This document shows positions 18,943 to 28,511 of a stretch of 64,000 bases of DNA, in pieces. Made by a program: the position numbers and the translations under genes. Source of the stretch: Bdellovibrionota bacterium FG-1 (GTDB lineage: Bacteria > Bdellovibrionota > UBA1018); the NCBI GenBank assembly GCA_051382295.1, contig JBBCAW010000008.1, positions 128,001-192,000 of the forward strand, in the 5' to 3' direction. Each line of letters starts with the position of its first letter. Position 1 is the first letter of the stretch. The notes below the pieces were generated by a model. It did no database searches. It had not been told where the DNA came from and saw only the letters and a program-made list of their open reading frames with translations.

Positions 18943-21856
18943 AAAGCTTCTGATTTTATTTACGTTCTGCTTTTTTTGGAATATGTCCTCCGCTCGAGCC
19001 ATCCTCGGAGATCAGCTGGGTTTATCTCCTTTTTGGCACTGGCAGACCCTCGAATCAGAGCATTTTCGCGTTACTTTTCCGGCCGAACTTTCGCCCGTTG
19101 CCCAAAGAATGGCGGGCCACTTGGAGCAAGCCCATTCGATTTTAGCCCCACGACTCCATTGGCAACCCTGGCACAAAACTCAAATCCTGGTGATTGATAA
19201 CGCGGATCTGGCTAATGGCCTAACCACCGCCGTAGCCCGGCTAGGCATTGTTTTGTATGTTACGCCCCCGGACTCTTGGTTCAGCACGGCTTATTACGAC
19301 GATTGGCTAAGGCTGCTGGCTATCCACGAATACACCCACTTTTTGAATATGGACGCGACGGATGATTTTTACATTCCCCTGAGATACCTCGTCGGCGATG
19401 TCTTGCTCCCGAACTCGGCTTGGCCCTCTTGGATGCTCGAGGGATTGGCCGTCTATATGGAAACCCGGTTTACTCATGCCGGCAGGGGCCGAAGTCCACT
19501 GTACGAGATGATCCTTCGCACCGCCGTCGAAGCCAATCAACTCGATTCCCCCCAGTTCATGACTTTGGACCGACTCAATGGAGGCAATCCCTGGAACCCA
19601 GCCGGCGAGACACCCTACCTTTTTGGCTATCAGTTGATGAACCAGATTGAGCAGGAGCACGAAGACGCCCTGGGCAGTTTATCGATTCGTTCGGCGGGGC
19701 GAATCCCGTTTTTCATCAATGGAAATCTTGAAAACATTACGGGAAAAGACTGGCCCCAGTATTGGAAAGAATGGGTTGAGCAAACCCAAAAGCGCATGAC
19801 CACTCAATTGGAGCAAATCCGAGCCCAACCCGTCACCCCGGTAGAGATTATTTCTCCGGACACCTCCCTTGAAGGCCTCGGAGCCACACCATCGCCCGAC
19901 GGCAAATGGCTTGCCTATACCAACGATTCTGCCGACCGCCGCTCCGGCCTTTATCTGATGGACTTAACCCACACCGCAGAGCGGCCCAAAAGGATTGCCG
20001 ACAAATTTTTTGGCGCCACCGCCGCCTTTACTCCAGACTCTAAAAACCTCATTTACAGTTCCATTCACCGATCTGATACTTACTATCTCTGGAGCGATTT
20101 AGCCGTCTACGACCTCAACCAAGATTCAACTTACTGGCTCAGCGACCATTTGCGCGCGCGAGATCCCGATGTTTCGCACGATGGGCAATGGGTCACCTTC
20201 ACCCTCACCGAAGTTTTAACAACCTCCCTGGCCCTGGCGCCTCTTCAACGGGACAAAAACGGTCGTTTGCAATTAGGAGCACCTCAGCGCTTAGCGACGA
20301 CGCAACCGTACGATCGTGTGTCCTCTCCGCGATTTTCACGGGATGGCCGGACCATTTATTACTCTCTTCACCAAAATGGCCAGGCCAGCGAAGAACTGAT
20401 GAGCTGGAATATTTCAGAAAACCGCGCAACCGTGCTCGTATCTAATGGCAAATTCAATCGGAATCCAGCGGTTTCACCTCAGGGCGAGGTCTACTTTGTT
20501 TCGGACCTAAACGGAGTGGACAACCTCTATCGACTAGTCCCGTCCGCCCCGCCCCAGGTTGTCACAAACGTGACCACGGGACTTGCGTTTCCCATTTTTG
20601 GCCCGACTCTTTACGCTACCTATTACACCTGGCAAGGGTGGAAGATTGGCCGAATTTCACTCGACCCCAAGGAATCACGCGTCTCTTCGTCCGCTCCTCT
20701 CATCCAATCGCCCCCCATGCCAGTGCTGGATTCGCTCTCGGACGACATGATCCCATCCACCTCCTATCCTGTGCACGACTACTCACTTTTTCCGTCCTTA
20801 TTACCGCGTCAGTGGCTCATTGCTCCATTGTTTTTCCCAGGTGGAATTTTTGTTCTGGGTGAAATCGCCGGGTTCGACGCCACGGACCGCCACTCCTATA
20901 TCGCCGGACTAGGTTATAATTCGAACCTTCACCGATGGGACTGGCAAACGACCTATTCTAATCGCTCCTGGGGTCCCACCCTTAGCCTCAACGCCTCCCA
21001 GCGCACCAGCAACTTCGAAACCAATGACAGCGAAATCACTCAATATACGCGTAGAGATAGTGCATCGGCCGCTCTTTCGTTTCCATTTCGCTGGACTTAT
21101 TCTTCCCTCACTCCTGTCTTTGGCTTGAGTGCCGAACGCAGTTATGATTTCTTAAGTCCAGAGACCACAACGCCGGATGTGCTAGTATCCCAAAGTCGCT
21201 ATGTGCCCATCGCAGACTTTTCACTTTTCTACTCCGCGGCCGAATTCTCAAGACTCGCCATCAGTCCAGAACATGGGCGCAACTCCGCGGCGGGCATTCG
21301 GCTCTATGAGGACTCCGGGCGAGCCATTTGGAAGGGATCTTTAAAGGACGAAGAATATTTTGAAATTCTCCCTCATACCGTCTTAATCCCATCAGCCAAA
21401 GCACTTTGGACATCGAGTTTTGACTCCAACTACGGTCCGGCTAACTCCGTGGTGCAAGGCCGTACCGCGGGCCTTTCGAGTGTTTTCCCCAATAGCACAT
21501 TTGATGAAATTGGCTTACGTGGTTACCCTTTTCAGATCTTTTATTCCCAGGCGGTAGCCGTAGGATCGCTGGATTTGCGCTTTCCCTTATCATGGATTTA
21601 TCGCGGCTGGAGCACCCATCCATTTTTTGCCAAAAACCTTTATGGCTTTACTTTTGCCGAAGCAGCGTACTTTCCCACTTCTCGCCTGGACATACCGGTC
21701 CTGCCGTCTGCTGGGGTCGGCATTCGACTCAACACCGAGGTCTTACTCAGGGTACCGCTCATCTTTTCACTAGAATACCACCAAGGCTTTCGGACCAGCC
21801 TGGGTGGAAAGTCGGATTTCTTTGCGACCGTCAACCTAGGGCAAATTCAGCTTTAA
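18932..21856 (+). CDS. Outer-membrane protein: gluzincin peptidase-like + PD40/TolB propeller + Omp85-like beta-barrel
   Basis: Signal peptide, HEYTH...WMLEGLA, SPDGKWLAY/FSRDGRTIYY repeats, C-terminal LRGYP and DLRFPL barrel motifs. Confidence 0.7.
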   Translation: MAAKKLLILFTFCFFWNMSSARAILGDQLGLSPFWHWQTLESEHFRVTFPAELSPVAQRMAGHLEQAHSILAPRLHWQPWHKTQILVIDNADLANGLTTAVARLGIVLYVTPPDSWFSTAYYDDWLRLLAIHEYTHFLNMDATDDFYIPLRYLVGDVLLPNSAWPSWMLEGLAVYMETRFTHAGRGRSPLYEMILRTAVEANQLDSPQFMTLDRLNGGNPWNPAGETPYLFGYQLMNQIEQEHEDALGSLSIRSAGRIPFFINGNLENITGKDWPQYWKEWVEQTQKRMTTQLEQIRAQPVTPVEIISPDTSLEGLGATPSPDGKWLAYTNDSADRRSGLYLMDLTHTAERPKRIADKFFGATAAFTPDSKNLIYSSIHRSDTYYLWSDLAVYDLNQDSTYWLSDHLRARDPDVSHDGQWVTFTLTEVLTTSLALAPLQRDKNGRLQLGAPQRLATTQPYDRVSSPRFSRDGRTIYYSLHQNGQASEELMSWNISENRATVLVSNGKFNRNPAVSPQGEVYFVSDLNGVDNLYRLVPSAPPQVVTNVTTGLAFPIFGPTLYATYYTWQGWKIGRISLDPKESRVSSSAPLIQSPPMPVLDSLSDDMIPSTSYPVHDYSLFPSLLPRQWLIAPLFFPGGIFVLGEIAGFDATDRHSYIAGLGYNSNLHRWDWQTTYSNRSWGPTLSLNASQRTSNFETNDSEITQYTRRDSASAALSFPFRWTYSSLTPVFGLSAERSYDFLSPETTTPDVLVSQSRYVPIADFSLFYSAAEFSRLAISPEHGRNSAAGIRLYEDSGRAIWKGSLKDEEYFEILPHTVLIPSAKALWTSSFDSNYGPANSVVQGRTAGLSSVFPNSTFDEIGLRGYPFQIFYSQAVAVGSLDLRFPLSWIYRGWSTHPFFAKNLYGFTFAEAAYFPTSRLDIPVLPSAGVGIRLNTEVLLRVPLIFSLEYHQGFRTSLGGKSDFFATVNLGQIQL

Positions 21857-22928
21857 TGAGGGCTTGGGACGTCAAATAATCGTAGCCTTGCTGGCTCTCG
21901 AGTGGAAATCGCCCCAGAGTCCGCTGAGCATCGTCGTAAAGTTCAAAGTCGACCAGAACCTCAATCACATAGCGAAGAAACTTGGTTCTTTCAGCCGCGG
22001 TTTTTGCCGCTTTCTCAAGCGCAACGAGCCCCCGCGAACCATGACAGCTCAAAAGAAAATATTTTCCCGTCACAATCAGTGCCGAACAAATCGAACGCAC
22101 GAGTTCATCATGTCGTCCGCCGATCAGCTGAAAAACTCGATAATATCCCTCAATATCGTCATAATTCTGGGTCATGATGGCCAACCTCAAAACGGAGGCA
22201 AGCCGTGTGGGATTGGCTGGAAAATATTGCACTAATTTTTTGGCAACGTCGTATGCTTCCGGATAGTCCTGATTTTTATAATGCAGCTCAAAAAGTCCAT
22301 TCAGACATTTGTAATGAATTTTATTGAACTCAAGTCCGAGTTGATAATCCTCGGTAGCCGATTTGACTGCCTTTTTGAGAGCCTCCGCCTGTCCCTTATA
22401 AAAACAGGCCAACGCCGGCTTGGCAAAAACCTTCATGGCTTCATTTAAATGGACAATTGCCGCATCATAATCTTGCCGCGCGATCATGGTTTTGGCCTGG
22501 TCGATCATCTGACTATAGTCACTCGGAAACAATTTTGCTTGAATCGCCAGGGTCAAAGAGCGCTTAAGCGTCGCCGAAGAATACGGTTTAATGATAAAGG
22601 TATCGACATCTTCTTCCGCGGCGGCGGCTACGGCGGACTGCGAAGTATTACCTGTAATGAGGGCAAAAACACTTTTCCGTGAGTCTGGATTTATTTTTCG
22701 CTGTTCTTGAATTAAATCCAAACCCGAATACACACCCAACTTAAACTCACACAGAAGGATTTGTGGCTGTTGCTTTTGAATGCAGGCCAACGCCTCATGA
22801 TAATCCCCCGAAGAAATAATATTGGTTTCCAAAAATCCAAGCTCTTTAAGCATGGACATCAAACGAGTTCTCGATCCGACACTAGGATCAGCAATCAGAA
22901 CACGGGCCTGAGATGCGAAATCAACCAT
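21831..22928 (-). CDS. Atypical receiver-domain + TPR protein
   Basis: REC fold (VLIADP, ILLCEF, LITG, FIIKP) followed by helical TPR-like repeats. Confidence 0.75.
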   Translation of the reverse strand: MVDFASQARVLIADPSVGSRTRLMSMLKELGFLETNIISSGDYHEALACIQKQQPQILLCEFKLGVYSGLDLIQEQRKINPDSRKSVFALITGNTSQSAVAAAAEEDVDTFIIKPYSSATLKRSLTLAIQAKLFPSDYSQMIDQAKTMIARQDYDAAIVHLNEAMKVFAKPALACFYKGQAEALKKAVKSATEDYQLGLEFNKIHYKCLNGLFELHYKNQDYPEAYDVAKKLVQYFPANPTRLASVLRLAIMTQNYDDIEGYYRVFQLIGGRHDELVRSICSALIVTGKYFLLSCHGSRGLVALEKAAKTAAERTKFLRYVIEVLVDFELYDDAQRTLGRFPLESQQGYDYLTSQALIKAEFALG

Positions 22929-24261
22929 GACCCGTCGCCTCCATTAAAAATCGCGTGATTTCTAATTGCTTTTGCTCAATTGTGGCATCGATTTCATCCA
23001 GCTGCGGATACGAATCTTTTTCCATCTCGACCAAGACGAGCTCTCGACCGCTATCTGTGCTCGCCAGAGATGAATGAATTTGTCTCACTCTACCCTTCAA
23101 TTCGAGGACGCGGAGACTGTCCTTCTCGATGAGCGATAGTCTGAATGAAAGCAGCTCGTCTGGCTGAATTCCAGCGCTCGGGATCTCTAACCAAATCAAG
23201 CCATTTTCTCGTTCCAACATCACGGCATCAACCAAAGAAGCCCCATTTGGACTTTCGACTCGAGTCACGCTGATGGCCAATCGTGTTTGATCAAATGTTT
23301 TCTCGCCGGTGAGCCATTCGTGAGGCTGGGCTGGATGGACAGGATCCTTGGCAAAACTACTCCGAATAGCCTGAAGCTTCCGCTCAGCGCTCTTTGAATT
23401 TTCCGCCAAATCGAGGATGTCATCTTGTCTTGAACGAAATCGAAAGGAGGCGCTCTCGCCTGGCGCCTTATAAAACAAGGCGGGACTAGGACTCACAAAA
23501 CGCCAACATTCATTTTTCCAAATAAACTCGGGTTTTCGGCCCACAAAAAACCAAGTCCCCCGCCCCGGCAGAAAAGGATCTTGCCCCGCCGGAAACTTCG
23601 AAACCCACTCAAAGACCGAACGTCCTTTTTGCGACTGAGAAGGCACCTCAACCCAACTTCCAACGGAAGGACCAGGCCCGAGCATCTCGCAAAGCCAGAC
23701 CCCACGGACACATTTAAAGTCGCTGGCGTCAGTGGCCAGCCAAAAATCCTGCTCGAGTTCAAGCGCTGAGGACATTTGAACTTGAGTTTTTGACCGGCCC
23801 CCTTTTGTAGGAGGAATAGAAATTTGGGCAGGAGGAGGAGAAGCAATTTGCTGAAGATGCTGCTGAACCTTTAAAATCAAAGTTTTTTGCGGCAACCCCT
23901 CTTGAATGACTTCAGAAATGCCCAGTTTCGAAAGCACGGAATCGAGGTTGAAGGAAGAGTCTGCCTTGAGCAAGGAATAAACTACAATGCGAAGACTACC
24001 TTGATCGATATCCTTTTTGAAAAGCGGAATCACACTCATCAAAGAACTGAGTTCAGCCTTATGGCTTAATAGAACAACCATCAGTCCCTGATTCATTCCG
24101 CGGGTTTTGTCTTGGATCTGGTTGACGAACAGGCATTGCCGCGCAAAAATATTCTTGATTTGTTGAACATTGGCAAAAAGTGCGTCGTATCCTACCGATC
24201 GAGTCGGTGTTCCGAAAAACCAAACCATGACCTTGCCTGAGGGCGAATCCGCGTTCTCCAT
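22921..24261 (-). CDS. Hypothetical protein; degenerate REC-like N-terminus, PilZ-like C-terminus
   Basis: 446-aa ORF overlapping the start of the downstream gene; LRIVVYS...LGISEVI and LELKGRVRQI resemble REC and PilZ folds. Confidence 0.55.
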   Translation of the reverse strand: MENADSPSGKVMVWFFGTPTRSVGYDALFANVQQIKNIFARQCLFVNQIQDKTRGMNQGLMVVLLSHKAELSSLMSVIPLFKKDIDQGSLRIVVYSLLKADSSFNLDSVLSKLGISEVIQEGLPQKTLILKVQQHLQQIASPPPAQISIPPTKGGRSKTQVQMSSALELEQDFWLATDASDFKCVRGVWLCEMLGPGPSVGSWVEVPSQSQKGRSVFEWVSKFPAGQDPFLPGRGTWFFVGRKPEFIWKNECWRFVSPSPALFYKAPGESASFRFRSRQDDILDLAENSKSAERKLQAIRSSFAKDPVHPAQPHEWLTGEKTFDQTRLAISVTRVESPNGASLVDAVMLERENGLIWLEIPSAGIQPDELLSFRLSLIEKDSLRVLELKGRVRQIHSSLASTDSGRELVLVEMEKDSYPQLDEIDATIEQKQLEITRFLMEATGHG

Positions 24262-24361
24262 CCCTCTATATTACAAGACCAATTCAAACGGCCAAGAGGC
24301 AGATTTTGCCTTGTGCCGCACCCCCTCGGAAAGTTACACAAAAGAGAACCAGGAGATACCC

Positions 24362-25144
24362 ATGCCCAATACACTTTCGTCTTCCCCACTTGAAGGAAAA
24401 AAAGCTCTTATTTTGGGAGTTGCCAATGAAAGAAGCCTGGCTTGGGCTATCGCCCGACACCTCCATCAAGGGGGAGCGAAGCTCGCATTCAATTTTCTAG
24501 GAGAAGCTCTGGAGCGCCGGGTTCGCCCCCTGGCCGAAAGCGTGGGGGCCGATCTCATTGAGCCGTGCAATGTAGCTGACGATGGGGAGCTAGACGCCTT
24601 ATTTGGCAAAATCCAAAAAAAATGGGGTTCGCTCGATATCTTGATCCACTCAGTGGCTTTTGCCAACCGTGAGGACCTGGATGGGCGTTTTGTCCAAACC
24701 TCTCGCGAAGGCTTCCGAGTCGCGCTGGATATTAGCGCCTATAGCCTGATTGCAGCAGCTCGCCGTGCCGAACCCCTGATGGAGGGAGGCGGAACGATTC
24801 TTACCCTGTCTTACTATGGCTCGCAAAAAGTGGTCCCCAATTACAATATCATGGGCGTGGCCAAAGCTGCCCTAGAAGCCAGTGTTCGATACCTAGCGTG
24901 GGATTTAGGCAGTAAAAAAATCCGGGTGAATTCGGTTTCTGCGGGGCCAGTCAAGACCCTTGCCGCTGCTGGGGTGCGAGACTTTCGAACCCTTCTCGCC
25001 TCGGCTGAGCAAAAGACCCCGCTCAAGGAAAATATTTCGGCGGACGATGTTGGGGCGTTAGCAGCGTTTTTATGCGGACCGGGCGGAAAACACATCACCG
25101 GCAGTAATTTAATGGTCGATAGTGGCGCCCATATCATGGCGTAA
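24362..25144 (+). CDS. fabI: Enoyl-ACP reductase
   Basis: GVANERSLAW, HSVAFA, YNIMGVAKAALE, AGPVKTLAA; RBS AGGAG before ATG 24362. Confidence 0.96.
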   Translation: MPNTLSSSPLEGKKALILGVANERSLAWAIARHLHQGGAKLAFNFLGEALERRVRPLAESVGADLIEPCNVADDGELDALFGKIQKKWGSLDILIHSVAFANREDLDGRFVQTSREGFRVALDISAYSLIAAARRAEPLMEGGGTILTLSYYGSQKVVPNYNIMGVAKAALEASVRYLAWDLGSKKIRVNSVSAGPVKTLAAAGVRDFRTLLASAEQKTPLKENISADDVGALAAFLCGPGGKHITGSNLMVDSGAHIMA

Positions 25145-25156
25145 TGAGGGCCAATC

Positions 25157-26140
25157 ATGACGTCGAACCCTCAAACGATTCCCCAAACTGAGCTTCATCG
25201 TCATCTGGATGTATCCATCCGCTCCAGTACGCTTCTGCGTTTGGCACAGGCCCGCGGACTTGAAGGACAAAGCACCAGTCTTGAACAATTTCGAAAAAAG
25301 ATCCTGATTACGCAGCCCATGCGGGATCTCAATACGGTTTTGGCTCAATTTTCCCTGTTTTCCAAGGTTCTGGATCGACCCGAAGTTCTCGAACAGGTGG
25401 CCTTCGAGTGCGTCGAAGATTGCTTTCGTGAAGGTACCCGCCAGGTGGAACTTCGATTTTCACCGACTTTTGTGACCGAATTCTCAAAACTTCCTTGGCC
25501 TGAGGTTCTGGATAGCTTTGAGCGTGGCCTAGAGCTGGGCATGAAAAAATACCCGGAAATTCGGGCGGGCCTCATTTGCATTGCATCGCGTGAATTCGGA
25601 ATAGATGAGGTTGCTAAGACTGTTGAATTTTTCCTCGACCATTCCTCGCGTTTTATTGGGCTAGATATGGCCGGCAACGAGGCTGATTTCCCTTGCCGTC
25701 TTTTTGAGTCCATTTTCAAGAAACCACGGGCTAAACACGCCAATATTACCATTCATGCCGGCGAGGCCTCAGGGCCAGACAATATGTGGGCCGCGATTGA
25801 ACTCCTGGGCGCACGTCGGATCGGCCATGGGTTGGCCTGTATTCAAGACCCTCAATTGATCGAATATCTTCGTAAGCATCGGATTTATCTAGAAATGTGT
25901 CCCACCAGCAACTGGTTGACCCAGGCGTCTCCAGACCTGAAACGCCATCCGCTACCCACCCTCCTTCGAGCGGGGGTTGCGGTGAGTATCAACACCGACG
26001 ATCCTGGAATTTTTGATGTTACGCTTCCCGGTGAAATCAATGTATGCAAAAATCACATGGACATGACTTCCTCAGAAATTGCCCAATGTCTGCGTCACGC
26101 GGCCGAAGCCAGTTTTTTTGATTGCGGTTCTTACAACTAG
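25157..26140 (+). CDS. add: Adenosine deaminase
   Basis: ELHRHLD, HAGE, RIGHG, EMCPTSN, NTDDP. Confidence 0.92.
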   Translation: MTSNPQTIPQTELHRHLDVSIRSSTLLRLAQARGLEGQSTSLEQFRKKILITQPMRDLNTVLAQFSLFSKVLDRPEVLEQVAFECVEDCFREGTRQVELRFSPTFVTEFSKLPWPEVLDSFERGLELGMKKYPEIRAGLICIASREFGIDEVAKTVEFFLDHSSRFIGLDMAGNEADFPCRLFESIFKKPRAKHANITIHAGEASGPDNMWAAIELLGARRIGHGLACIQDPQLIEYLRKHRIYLEMCPTSNWLTQASPDLKRHPLPTLLRAGVAVSINTDDPGIFDVTLPGEINVCKNHMDMTSSEIAQCLRHAAEASFFDCGSYN

Positions 26141-26218
26141 CGAGCTATAAGTCGCCTAACAGTTTGTCATTCACGGGCACCCCACTTCCCCCCCACACAC
26201 AGAAGCGGTACCCGTGGT

Positions 26219-26260
26219 ATAAAGGACTCTGAGGCACGCCCTCAGGGTCCTTTATTTTTT
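26219..26260. terminator. Intrinsic terminator between convergent add and GGDEF genes
   Basis: ATAAAGGACTCTGAGG-cacgc-CCTCAGGGTCCTTTAT 16-bp stem followed by a T-tract. Confidence 0.85.
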
Positions 26261-26868
26261 TACGCTGCCGCACTCACACGGTTTCGGCCGCCTTGTTTAG
26301 CATCATACAAGGCTTCATCGGCCTTCTTGAGTTGAACGCTGGCATCGTAACCGGCCACTAGAACCGAAGACATCCCCACGCTGAGGGTGCATTGAATCGG
26401 AGCATCGGATTTCTCCGCCGTTCGCCGAATACTTTCAGCCACGCCCAAGATCTCAGCGTCGGATCCCCTGAGAGCGACAGCGAACTCCTCGCCGCCCAAA
26501 CGGCTCACCACACAATCTGGGGATTCAAACTGCTTGAGAAGACCGGCCACCCTTTTGATGACCTCGTCGCCCGCATCATGCCCATGGGTATCGTTTACTT
26601 TTTTGAAATGATCGATGTCGATCATCAAGACGCCACAAGACTCGTTGAGGCTTTGACATTTTTGAAGGAGCGCCTGCCAGGTCTGGAAAAAAGCTCTGCG
26701 CCGTAAGAGACCTGTTAAATCATCAGTGTTTGCGACTCCCTCAACTTTTTTGAGAACCGAGAGCACGGACTCGTAACTCGCCCCGAGGGCGGTGACTTCA
26801 CCGTGGAGATGTGAGAGAAGGTGTCGAATTTCCTCAAGGCTGATTTCAATCGTATGCTCTCGGTTCAT
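26260..26868 (-). CDS. Diguanylate cyclase (short coiled coil + GGDEF domain)
   Basis: DDLTGL, DIDHFKKVNDTHGH, RLGGEEF, ADEALYDAK; RBS AAGGAGG. Confidence 0.93.
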   Translation of the reverse strand: MNREHTIEISLEEIRHLLSHLHGEVTALGASYESVLSVLKKVEGVANTDDLTGLLRRRAFFQTWQALLQKCQSLNESCGVLMIDIDHFKKVNDTHGHDAGDEVIKRVAGLLKQFESPDCVVSRLGGEEFAVALRGSDAEILGVAESIRRTAEKSDAPIQCTLSVGMSSVLVAGYDASVQLKKADEALYDAKQGGRNRVSAAA

Positions 26869-26897
26869 AAGGGCCTCCTTTTACGCCCTCAAGAAAA

Positions 26898-26914
26898 AGC
26901 ACGACCGATGCCAA
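26898..26914 (-). promoter_or_regulatory. Sigma54 (-24/-12) promoter for the diguanylate cyclase
   Basis: TTGGCATCGGTCGTGCT = GG-N10-GC; IHF-like ATTCAACCACTTA at 26930-26942. Confidence 0.7.
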
Positions 26915-27009
26915 CGCATGAATGAACGAATTCAACCACTTACAAAATACCGTGTCACCCACTGCCCGAGGTCACCCACGACACAGGGGGTCCCACGGAC
27001 GGCTACGAC

Positions 27010-28491
27010 TTAAGCAACCTTGCGGTATTCCTCAGAGCGTAAATGATGCCGCCGTAGCAGACGCAAGAAATTACTCCGGTCCAGCTTGGCCTCGCGAGCT
27101 GCAGCCGAAACGTTGCCCCCATTCCGATTAAGCACCGCTGCGAGGTATTCCCGCTCAAACGAATCGGACCATTTTTTCTTCAACTCCGTATAGCTTTCCA
27201 CCCCAGCTGCACCCGGCGTCTGATAAGGGGAGGTCACCGATTCCAATCGAGGCCCAATTGAAATGCCGGCAGGCTGCGCGGGAAGAGACAGTGCTTTAGC
27301 TGAAAGTGTTCCGTTACCCGTCCAAATCAGCGCCACTCGCTCCACGACATTGAGAAGTTCTCGGACATTCCCGGGCCAGGAATAGGCTCGCAAAGCGGTC
27401 TCGGCGTCCGGAGAAAATCCTGAAAAAGTTTTACCCCGGGCTTGAAAAGCCCGCTCCGCAAATTGCATAGCCATTAACACAATATCTTCCGATCGTTCTC
27501 GAAGGCTAGGCACCTCAATCACCACTCGACTGAGCCGATGATAAAGGTCATCTCTAAAGCCTCCTGCCTGAACTCTTTCGCTTAAGTCACGATTGGTCGC
27601 AGCCACCACTCGTACCTCGGTTTCCAAATCGACCGTTCCACCGACTCGTCGGAATGTCTTTTCTTGCAGTACGCGCAAAAGCTTGGCCTGAAGTTTGACA
27701 TCCATCTCCCCAATTTCGTCCAAAAGCAGCGTTCCCGATTTAGCAATTTCAAAAAGCCCGCGCTTCATCACGTTAGCGCCCGTAAAAGCCCCGCGCTCGT
27801 GCCCAAAGAGTTCGCTCTCCAGCAATTGTTCACTAAAATTAGCGCAGTTCACCGCGACCCAAGGACCCTTGCCACGACGAGATCCCGCGTGGACCATGCG
27901 AGCGATCCCTTCCTTGCCGGTGCCGCTTTCGCCCAAAATCAAAACTGTAGGTTCTTCCGCATCGCCTCGCATCGCCTCGCGCCTGAGTACCGTCATCCAC
28001 TCATTCACCTTAGCCATGGATTGCGCCTTTGAGACGAACCAATACTTGTCCTCGGCCTTTCCCTCCACCCGTTCCACACGAGCCTCCAGGCGACCGACCA
28101 AGTCCGCATTTTCGCGCTCTAATTGATACTCGCGAAGACCCCGCTTGACGGCATGACTAAACTCATCCAGGTCAAAGGGTTTTTCTAAATAATCAGAAGC
28201 CCCGGACCGGAGAGCCTGCACCGCCACGTCTTTTTCACCATGACCGGTGATCACGATCACCCGCAGTAGTGGATATTTTTCTTTTGCCCACGCCATCAGG
28301 CCAAATCCATCTTTTCCCGGCATTTTAAGATCGGTGACCAATACGCCCACCTCGCCACCTGACGAAAATTTTGACTCAGCTTCGTCAGCGCCACCGGCTA
28401 CGACCACATCATAACCTTCGCGCTCAAGCCGTCCCTTGAGTAATTTACGAATTGTATCTTCATCATCGACCACCATTACACGTGCTTTCAT
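27010..28491 (-). CDS. NtrC-family sigma54-dependent response regulator
   Basis: REC (VVDD, TDLKMP), GESGTGKE, GAFTGA, WPGNVREL, Fis-type HTH. Confidence 0.95.
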   Translation of the reverse strand: MKARVMVVDDEDTIRKLLKGRLEREGYDVVVAGGADEAESKFSSGGEVGVLVTDLKMPGKDGFGLMAWAKEKYPLLRVIVITGHGEKDVAVQALRSGASDYLEKPFDLDEFSHAVKRGLREYQLERENADLVGRLEARVERVEGKAEDKYWFVSKAQSMAKVNEWMTVLRREAMRGDAEEPTVLILGESGTGKEGIARMVHAGSRRGKGPWVAVNCANFSEQLLESELFGHERGAFTGANVMKRGLFEIAKSGTLLLDEIGEMDVKLQAKLLRVLQEKTFRRVGGTVDLETEVRVVAATNRDLSERVQAGGFRDDLYHRLSRVVIEVPSLRERSEDIVLMAMQFAERAFQARGKTFSGFSPDAETALRAYSWPGNVRELLNVVERVALIWTGNGTLSAKALSLPAQPAGISIGPRLESVTSPYQTPGAAGVESYTELKKKWSDSFEREYLAAVLNRNGGNVSAAAREAKLDRSNFLRLLRRHHLRSEEYRKVA

Positions 28492-28511
28492 GCTCTATTT
28501 CTCCATCCGGT

